Assembly (NCBI GenBank): GCA_963777505.1
Contig: CAVZQN010000003.1
Location: 160,001-224,000 of the forward strand
From: an uncultured bacterium
Lineage (GTDB): Bacteria; Acidobacteriota; HRBIN11; JAKEFK01
Direction: 5' to 3'
DNA length: 64,000 nt
Below, piece after piece: positions 57,126-64,000 of this stretch. The position numbers and the translations under genes were made by a program. The notes under the pieces were generated by a model. It was not told the origin of the DNA. It worked only from the letters and a program-made list of their open reading frames with translations, and searched no databases. Positions within the stretch are counted from its first letter, which is position 1. Each line of letters starts with the position of its first letter.

Positions 57126-59516
57126 ATGTCAGAATTTACACGTAGACAAATATTGAAATTCTTAGGAGTAGCAGGTGGAGCAGCTGCACTCGGCCCACTA
57201 GTCAATATTAAAGCCCGTGCTGCTGGTATTCACGATCGAGCTGCGTTTCTCGGAACATTTACTCCCGTAAGGCTTCCCCATCCTTTAAATGCTTATACAC
57301 AACTATCCAGTTTCATGCCGAATGGACAAAGAGTCCCTGGCGGAATGGCCGGTTCCGTATTGGGAGCATCAGGAGATCCATCTCTGGGAACTTACACCAT
57401 ATATGATGACGTTGTTGTCCCACCTGAATATGAACGTTATGTGATACTCAAGTGGGGTGATCGTGTTTATCCTGCGCGGCCAGGCGGGCCGCTGGATCAG
57501 GATTACGCTGGCTATAACATGGATTTTACGTCATTCGTAAGCCTGAATAATGCAGGAACCGATGGTTATCTATTTGTGAACTATGAATACGTTAGCTATC
57601 CGTTTGATCGTTTCGCGCCAGGTACGCCTTCGAATTTGACCACAGCTCGCGGGACATATCCTATCGTCATAGGCAGAAAACTTCCTGCTTCGGAAAGGTT
57701 AGGTGAATACCTTTATAATACTGGCGCTTCCATTTTGAGAATCCGTAAAGGAAATGATGGCAGGTTTCAAGTTGTAGCCGGTGATGCAAAGAATCGGCGT
57801 ATACATGGGCTATCTGGATTGGGAATTAATGCCGAAAGATCTGATGAATATTCAGGCGTTACAAGTTGGGGATCACTGGCTTATCAACGAGGCGATAACA
57901 ATTACCTTGTGGGTACGGGTCCTGCTGCAAACCAGGTATTTAACAAAAGTAGTGATGGTTTAGGAAACAGGATCATCGGTACTTCTTTTAATTGTGCCGG
58001 TGGGCAAACGCCATGGGGAACTTCGCTGACTGCAGAAGAAAATTTTCAAGGATCATCCGCATTTTATGTTGGCGTTCAAGAATTTACATTACCCGATGGA
58101 ACTCAGACTGGATATGTGGAAGGAACCACCGGCGCTGCTTTTGGTCAAGTCGGAGAGAAGTACGGATGGATGGTTGAAGCAGATCCAGTGAATCCAGCTT
58201 TTCGACCGCGCAAACACACAGCACTTGGACGCTTTCGTCATGAAGGGATTACGATGAGAGTAAGCGCTGGTCGACCACTCGTTGCATATATGGGAGATGA
58301 TCGCCGCGGTGGACATGTTTGGAGATTTGTCAGTAGTAAAAATGTTACTAGCCCCACACTGAAAACCAATAGTGGTTTGTTCACTAATGGAACCTTGTAT
58401 GCTGCGAAATTTAATGCAGATGGTACCGGGCGTTGGATTGCAATAACGATGGCTACGCCAGTAAATCCAAGCCTTCCCAGCGAACTCGGCTCAGCAGAAT
58501 TGGCTGCTACTGGTTCAATCGGCAGAAATGGCGGCACTCGTTTACCGCGACGTTCAGGTGTTGCCGATCAAACAGCTGATGGTGCATCATTCACAGTTGA
58601 TACGACAAATGAAGGAACTGTAATTCCGAGTTATCAAAACAAAGGCGGCGCAATCACCGATCGACAAGCTGTATTAGGTGATTACTACGATAATCAAGGC
58701 GCCATTCTTTGTGATGCTTTTCTTGCTGCCAACCTGGCAGGCGCAACACCATGTGCTCGCCCCGAAGACTTTGAAGTGAATCCGCGAAAACAGCGCGAAG
58801 TAATCATTGCTTTTACCGATGGTCTTCCTGGAAGTGATGGATATTCTGATTCGCGGATTTTTCAGGTTGCTAAATATTCTGATGACCCTGCAAGTACTCA
58901 GCCTAGCGGCGCATTGGTTAAGATTATTGAAGGAAACGCAGCAGGTGATGGTGCCACTTTCCGCTGGGAAAGATTTATTGTAGCCGGAGAAGCAGGAGCA
59001 GAAAATGGTGGAGGATTTGCCGCTGTAGACAATCTGGCTTTCGATGATCTAGGGAATCTGTGGGGTGTTACAGATATGTCAACCGATCTGCACAATGGAT
59101 TTACCACAGGTGCTGAACCCGCAGAAACTGATATCGATCATGGGAACCGCGCAACAGGTTCAAATTTGGTTGGTGTTTTTGGAAACAACTGGCTCTTTTT
59201 TATACCAACAATAGGAGAAAATGCCGGGGAAGTGATTCCATTTGCTTATGGACCAACGCGTTGTGAAATGACAGGTCCCACATTCACTGGAGATACTTTA
59301 ATTATTTCTGTGCAACACCCATGCGAAGATTCTCCGATTAATGATGGAACTCCGGCGTCGACATTGAACCGTAGAATTGAAATGTTGAAATTAAATGGAT
59401 CAACGTTCAGGCAAAACCGGACACTTCCACGATGGTTTCAGCGAATATCTGTGTGTTCTCCGTGGTTTGTCTTTGTGCGAGTTTACTTCGTAAATGTACT
59501 TTCAGTAATGGACTGA
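57126..59516 (+). CDS. phoX: PhoX-family (DUF839) alkaline phosphatase, Tat-exported; C-terminus probably truncated or replaced
   Basis: TRRQILK Tat signal, NCAGGQTPWGT..TAEEN, KYGW, LGRFRHE, RPEDFE, DNLAFD, CEMTGP, SVQHP. Confidence 0.88.
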   Translation: MSEFTRRQILKFLGVAGGAAALGPLVNIKARAAGIHDRAAFLGTFTPVRLPHPLNAYTQLSSFMPNGQRVPGGMAGSVLGASGDPSLGTYTIYDDVVVPPEYERYVILKWGDRVYPARPGGPLDQDYAGYNMDFTSFVSLNNAGTDGYLFVNYEYVSYPFDRFAPGTPSNLTTARGTYPIVIGRKLPASERLGEYLYNTGASILRIRKGNDGRFQVVAGDAKNRRIHGLSGLGINAERSDEYSGVTSWGSLAYQRGDNNYLVGTGPAANQVFNKSSDGLGNRIIGTSFNCAGGQTPWGTSLTAEENFQGSSAFYVGVQEFTLPDGTQTGYVEGTTGAAFGQVGEKYGWMVEADPVNPAFRPRKHTALGRFRHEGITMRVSAGRPLVAYMGDDRRGGHVWRFVSSKNVTSPTLKTNSGLFTNGTLYAAKFNADGTGRWIAITMATPVNPSLPSELGSAELAATGSIGRNGGTRLPRRSGVADQTADGASFTVDTTNEGTVIPSYQNKGGAITDRQAVLGDYYDNQGAILCDAFLAANLAGATPCARPEDFEVNPRKQREVIIAFTDGLPGSDGYSDSRIFQVAKYSDDPASTQPSGALVKIIEGNAAGDGATFRWERFIVAGEAGAENGGGFAAVDNLAFDDLGNLWGVTDMSTDLHNGFTTGAEPAETDIDHGNRATGSNLVGVFGNNWLFFIPTIGENAGEVIPFAYGPTRCEMTGPTFTGDTLIISVQHPCEDSPINDGTPASTLNRRIEMLKLNGSTFRQNRTLPRWFQRISVCSPWFVFVRVYFVNVLSVMD
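59448..59467. repeat. Periodic repeat element arm inside the phoX tail
   Basis: tctgtgtgttctccgtggtt. Confidence 0.6.
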
Positions 59517-60214
59517 TTTCCGCCTTGATCGATTGCCAAAACCTCAAATGGAATCGTTCCAGTTGGAAGAGAAGCTACATATTCTGCCGGAACCGTCACG
59601 CTCATCGGAGCAGGTGGGACGGTTGCAGGAATTGTAATTAGAAAATCTTCGACAATGACCTGATACGCAACGATCAGAATCGGTAAGTCCGGAAACGTAC
59701 CCCCAGCCGGATCTGTCGCTACTTCTGTAACAGGATCCCAACGGATGACTAAGACGTTTCCAGTCCCTACAGCATCATCTGAAGCTGAAACATCGGGTCC
59801 AGCGGGTACAGCATGAGAAAGTGTGGACTCAGCTGTTATTTTTTCACCATCAACTGTCCTACCCTTAAATTTGTATTCTCCTTCCGGAAATAGAGCCAGC
59901 AAATCTGCAAGTGGAAAGTCAATGAGAGATGGCTCAGCGCCTTCAAAAAATAGTTCCGTCATGCCAAGATCTTTGTAAGGACCTTTGCCTTGAACATTGA
60001 AGATCACCTTGTGATCCGGATTGATGATCTTGAGCGTCTTCCAGTCTTCACCATCCAGAGTGACGTGATAGCCCAAATCATTTGCCGAAGCATTGTATTC
60101 AATGTAGATCCGCGCTATGGGGAATGTAACTTGCGCCCACGCCGTCACAGCACCAATCAACATCATAAACAGCGAACACATTGCGATTTTCGTAAAACCT
60201 TTCATTTGTTTCAT
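59483..60214 (-). CDS. Exported hypothetical beta-rich protein
   Basis: Signal peptide ending AWA-Q; start MKQMKG with GGTGGAG RBS. Confidence 0.75.
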   Translation of the reverse strand: MKQMKGFTKIAMCSLFMMLIGAVTAWAQVTFPIARIYIEYNASANDLGYHVTLDGEDWKTLKIINPDHKVIFNVQGKGPYKDLGMTELFFEGAEPSLIDFPLADLLALFPEGEYKFKGRTVDGEKITAESTLSHAVPAGPDVSASDDAVGTGNVLVIRWDPVTEVATDPAGGTFPDLPILIVAYQVIVEDFLITIPATVPPAPMSVTVPAEYVASLPTGTIPFEVLAIDQGGNQSITESTFTK

Positions 60215-60376
60215 GCTCCACCTTCTAAATTGATTTACTTGGAGAATAGATGCGGCCAATTACTGGAACCTTTCCTGGACATTACAATCTAGCAAGGTGA
60301 AATTGAGATAGAGCAGTTTCCATTTTTCCAATTAATATCGTGTAGGATGTCTTAAGCTTTTTTTTCAGGAGGCATC

Positions 60377-60763
60377 ATGAAAATTTTGCGATCGACTCCC
60401 GTACTTGTTGTGGAAAGAATCGAACCCTCACTTCCGTTTTGGATGGAAAGACTTGGTTATACGAAACAAGTTGAAGTTCCACATGGAGAAGGCTTAGGGT
60501 TTGTAATTTTAGAAAGAGATGGTTTGGAGGTAATGCTTCAAACCCGCGAAAGTATTGAAGCGGATTTGCCGGCTTTAAAATCTTACATTCAAGGGAAAGC
60601 TGTCAGTCAATTTATTGAAGTCGATTCTCTCGATTCTGTTTTGAAACAACTTTCCGGCTACGAATTATTGACGCCCGTTCGAACAACCTTCTATGGAATG
60701 CGGGAAGCAATCGTTGCAGATCCAGCTGGCTTTGTTTTGTGCTTTGCCGAAAAAGTATCATGA
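60377..60763 (+). CDS. VOC/glyoxalase family protein
   Basis: TPVLVV, TFYGMRE, DPAG; AGGAGG RBS. Confidence 0.85.
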   Translation: MKILRSTPVLVVERIEPSLPFWMERLGYTKQVEVPHGEGLGFVILERDGLEVMLQTRESIEADLPALKSYIQGKAVSQFIEVDSLDSVLKQLSGYELLTPVRTTFYGMREAIVADPAGFVLCFAEKVS

Positions 60764-60764
60764 A

Positions 60765-60783
60765 CTCTGTGTCTTTGCGGTGA
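60765..60783. repeat. Periodic repeat element arm
   Basis: ctctgtgt ctttgcgg tga, between convergent genes. Confidence 0.65.
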
Positions 60784-60784
60784 A

Positions 60785-61798
60785 TCAATCATCCCAATCA
60801 TTGCCATGGATCTTCCGATTGATCAGCTCACGAAGTGATGGATCACTTCCTTTCTTTTCTTTCATTCGGCGGATGTATTCAGGACTTACATCAAAAATAC
60901 GTAACTCAACAAGATCGTCCGGATTGATATTACGATACCCCAGGGCGTCCAGTTCACGTATATATTGAGGTGAAACTCCATGAATTCGAAACTCCACAAG
61001 CTTTGATTGCGATAAATTTGTGTAACCTGCTTTGTCTAATTCCTTTATGAAATCCACAGAAACGCCATGAATCGAGAATTCCACTAACTTTTCAATTGAA
61101 ATATTCTTATAGCCATACTGCTCTATGCTTTGAATAAATTCAGGATCGACTCCGTGGATCCTCATTTCAACCAGCTTCTCGGTGGGTATATTTTTGTATC
61201 CGGCAGAATTCATAGAGTCAATGAATTCGGGGGCCACGCCATGAATTCTCATTTCGACAAGTTTTTCGTTGCTGATGCCCGTATATCCGCGGGCTTGAAG
61301 ATCACGAATATATTTTGGACTTACACCATGAATTTTCATTTCAACAAGTTCATCTGTTGTCAGATTGTTGTAGCCCAGACCGTTTAATTCTTTGACTTCC
61401 CCTGTTGTTAAATTGAGAGAGGCCATCAAAAACAATTCATCATCAGCAATACTTCCGTGACCAAGCCGAGCCATCTCTGAAATGAATTGTGGGTTGAATT
61501 GCACCTCAAACTCTCCGCCACCTTCTCCATCACGCAGGACGCCATTGAAGAAAAATGTTCCAGCTTCGCGTTGCACCTTAAATTCAACAGGACCATTCGG
61601 CATCGATTTGAGATCAACGCGGTCTAGATTGCTCATTGAATTATTTGAATGATTCCGGCGCAAGTTCAAATACACACCGCCACCTTTGCTATGCGAAACC
61701 GTCCAGCTGCCGCGAATAGACTTTTGGGATTCTGCTCCTGGAAGATAGGCGCAAAATGAAAGCATCAAAATGCCTGTTAAAAGAAGGCTTTTTCTCAT
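60785..61798 (-). CDS. Exported protein with 29-aa helical tandem repeats
   Basis: Signal peptide; six LVE(M/F/L)xI(H/F)(G/D)V.P.(Y/F)I......GY repeats. Confidence 0.85.
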   Translation of the reverse strand: MRKSLLLTGILMLSFCAYLPGAESQKSIRGSWTVSHSKGGGVYLNLRRNHSNNSMSNLDRVDLKSMPNGPVEFKVQREAGTFFFNGVLRDGEGGGEFEVQFNPQFISEMARLGHGSIADDELFLMASLNLTTGEVKELNGLGYNNLTTDELVEMKIHGVSPKYIRDLQARGYTGISNEKLVEMRIHGVAPEFIDSMNSAGYKNIPTEKLVEMRIHGVDPEFIQSIEQYGYKNISIEKLVEFSIHGVSVDFIKELDKAGYTNLSQSKLVEFRIHGVSPQYIRELDALGYRNINPDDLVELRIFDVSPEYIRRMKEKKGSDPSLRELINRKIHGNDWDD

Positions 61799-61821
61799 GA
61801 TAATCCACTCCTGTTCTCAGC

Positions 61822-61850
61822 TTAGACCAGGCATCGGCCAAACAGGTTTA
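61822..61850 (-). promoter_or_regulatory. Possible ECF-sigma promoter
   Basis: Minus strand TAAACC-N17-GTCTAA upstream of the repeat-protein RBS. Confidence 0.4.
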
Positions 61851-61949
61851 CTTATGTTTATGTTTACGTATATTAATGAAGCGCATTCTTCTGCCGGCTC
61901 AAAAAATGAACCGTAAAGGCGGGCAGAAGCAGTCTAAGGTAGGGAACAG

Positions 61950-62834
61950 ATGGTTAATTTTGATAAACATTTAGGCCGTGGCGAGAAGGCCTACAACACG
62001 AAGGTTGGGGATTGGTGGCGCCAGAAATCGGAAGATCGTGCGCATAGGAATGCCTATCGCACAATTGCTCAAACGATAAAGCGCCATTTCCGCCGAATCA
62101 AACGTCAACCTGAATGGATTGTCGATTATGCAAGCGGCAATACGATGGCTTTACGCGAATTGGTCAGACTCTTTCCAAACTCACGATTTATTGCGCTTGA
62201 TGGTTCGCACAAGATGCTTGGCATTGGAAAAAAAGTGCTTCTTGATGCAGGAATCGAAGCAGATTGGACCGATCCTGAAAAAGCATTCCAATCCAGGGGA
62301 CCCCAGGTCCGTTTAGTTTGTACACCACTTCCGGAAAATAAACTTGCTTCATCCAAAGCTGATGCAGTTCTATTTTTGTTTCCTAACCTCAACTCGACGA
62401 AGAAAGGATTTCGCCGAATTCAGGAGAAATGGATTCAGGATAAAGCAGCTGAAACCGGTGCACGTTTGTTTTCCAAATTGCAGGACGAAAATGCAAAAAA
62501 GCAGCCCGATCCTGAAACTATCTATGAAGAGCTTGTTCTTTCCGGAGCTGTGACTGAAAATATTCGAAGACTTCTCAAACGCGGTTTATATTGGTTCAAA
62601 GCCGATTATTCAAATGCCTCGCGAAAAGAATTACAAAACACGGATCAATGGCAGCTCTTATTTTCAGAATGCGCGATGGACTTTCAAATTGGAAATGAGA
62701 AAAAGAAGAGTATCTTTAAATTAGTTGATAACAAGTACTATCCGTCTGCCGTAATTATGGATGTTTTTGAGCAAACCCGTGACCCATCCGACAAGCGGGG
62801 TGGTTACATGATCACTGCTTTCAAAGCCAAGTAA
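61950..62834 (+). CDS. Class I SAM-dependent methyltransferase-like protein
   Basis: IVDYASGN motif I, IALDGSHKML. Confidence 0.7.
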   Translation: MVNFDKHLGRGEKAYNTKVGDWWRQKSEDRAHRNAYRTIAQTIKRHFRRIKRQPEWIVDYASGNTMALRELVRLFPNSRFIALDGSHKMLGIGKKVLLDAGIEADWTDPEKAFQSRGPQVRLVCTPLPENKLASSKADAVLFLFPNLNSTKKGFRRIQEKWIQDKAAETGARLFSKLQDENAKKQPDPETIYEELVLSGAVTENIRRLLKRGLYWFKADYSNASRKELQNTDQWQLLFSECAMDFQIGNEKKKSIFKLVDNKYYPSAVIMDVFEQTRDPSDKRGGYMITAFKAK

Positions 62835-62845
62835 TTCCTAATTTG

Positions 62846-62869
62846 GTAGGGTGGCCCATGTGGCCGCCC
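62846..62869 (+). repeat. GTAG-type REP-like hairpin
   Basis: GTAGGGTGGCC CATGT GGCCGCCC. Confidence 0.65.
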
Positions 62870-62891
62870 GTCAGCAACAAGGAGTAGTCCC

Positions 62892-63572
62892 ATGAGCGGA
62901 GAAATCATCGAGTTCAAAGGAAATGGTCAACCTTATACCGGATATATTTCGCCAGCTTCGAACGGCGGCCCTGCAGTCATTGTGATTCAGGAATGGTGGG
63001 GGCTTGTAGATCACATCAAAGATATTGCTGATCGATTTGCATCTGCAGGCTTTACTGCGCTGGCTCCAGATTTTTATCATGGCAAGTCTACGAAGTCACC
63101 AGATGAAGCCGGCAAACTTTTTATGGCGCTGAATATTTCAGATGCTGAGAAAGTCCTAAAAGGCGCTATTGATGCATTGCTGTCCCATCCAAAATGTACA
63201 ACTAAAACTGCCGGCGTCGTTGGTTTTTGTATGGGTGGACAGCTTGCTTTATATGCAGCATCAAAAAATCCAGAAAAGGTTTCAGCCTGTGTTGTGTTTT
63301 ATGGAATTCATCCGAATGTAAAACCGGATTATGAAAACATTAAAGCTCCAATACTTGGATTTTTCGGTGAGAAGGATAGTTCAGTGTCTCCTGCCAAAGT
63401 GAAAGCCTTGAGTGAAAAACTGAACTCAGCCGGAAAGCAGCATCAATTTCATACTTATCCGGGTTTAGATCATGCCTTCTTCAATGACACAAGAGCCGAA
63501 GTCTACGATGCGAATGCCGCCGCAGATTCATGGAACAAAACTCTTGAGTTCTTTCGTACGAATGTGAAATAG
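62892..63572 (+). CDS. Dienelactone hydrolase family protein
   Basis: IQEWWGL, GFCMGG, HAFFND. Confidence 0.93.
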   Translation: MSGEIIEFKGNGQPYTGYISPASNGGPAVIVIQEWWGLVDHIKDIADRFASAGFTALAPDFYHGKSTKSPDEAGKLFMALNISDAEKVLKGAIDALLSHPKCTTKTAGVVGFCMGGQLALYAASKNPEKVSACVVFYGIHPNVKPDYENIKAPILGFFGEKDSSVSPAKVKALSEKLNSAGKQHQFHTYPGLDHAFFNDTRAEVYDANAAADSWNKTLEFFRTNVK

Positions 63573-63576
63573 CTGC

Positions 63577-64000
63577 TTACCGGCTTGACTCGGATGCTAA
63601 ACGTCCAAGTGTGAAAAGCGCATTGTTCAATCGATCGGACCACAAGTGAGAGCAGTTTAATCGGATACAATTCCTGTAATGCTGTTTTGCAGAAAACATT
63701 GATCCCGGTGCAATGCTGATCTTTTGTGCGCGCGCTTTGTGGTACAGATTCATTGAATCAACTGATGGTGGCAATTCGACCCATAAAACATATCCACCCT
63801 CAGGACGCGTTACTTTAGTACCTTCCGGAAAATATTGTCCGATAGCTTGCGCGAAAATCTGGACTTGAGTGCTGTAAGCGCGCCTGATGCGACGCAAGTG
63901 ATGATCATATCCACCACTTTTTAGAATTTCAGCGACCGCCAGTTGCGAGAGTGTTACCGGTGAAAGAGTATTGGTCAGCTTGAGTTGCTTTACTTGTTGC
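63577..64000 (-). CDS. PLP-dependent aminotransferase-like / MocR-GntR protein (3' part only)
   Basis: GGYDHHLRRIRR, RPEGGYVLWVELP, SIAPGSMFS, CIRLN; frame open to the window edge. Confidence 0.85.
   Translation of the reverse strand, partial: QQVKQLKLTNTLSPVTLSQLAVAEILKSGGYDHHLRRIRRAYSTQVQIFAQAIGQYFPEGTKVTRPEGGYVLWVELPPSVDSMNLYHKARAQKISIAPGSMFSAKQHYRNCIRLNCSHLWSDRLNNALFTLGRLASESSR

Overview
This is a gene-dense, roughly mid-40s %GC (estimated by eye) diderm bacterial chromosome segment. It is most likely Acidobacteriota, judged from six ~800-aa duplicated MacB/FtsX-type 'ADOP' permeases, two VWFA-related Acidobacterial-type proteins, an Oar-like TonB-dependent receptor and a TPR-CHAT protein. 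I see no rRNA, tRNA, CRISPR array, prophage or intact transposase. Main blocks: FHA/sigma54 activator + M48 peptidase + PP2C phosphatase; ftsH; oxyR/ahpD/dps; a relE/phd-type TA pair; an 18-kb sigma54-driven operon (membrane-fusion protein, 2 ATPases, 5 tandem permeases, small exported protein, NtrC-type two-component system); TPR-CHAT; TBDR; PafA-like and PhoX phosphatases. The most notable signals are non-coding. (1) About 14 copies of a periodic (8-9 nt unit) inverted-repeat element sit at gene 3' ends, supply the C-termini of several genes, and abut apparent gene deletions: an unannotated ahpC C-terminal remnant, a C-terminally truncated phoX, and possible receiver-domain stubs. (2) A nested 'Russian doll' of perfect inverted repeats lies at 47.36-47.57 kb. 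(3) Four correctly spaced sigma54 -24/-12 promoters link a remote orphan permease, an unknown low-complexity protein, the permease operon and the TBDR. All calls come from reading the sequence; no searches were run.
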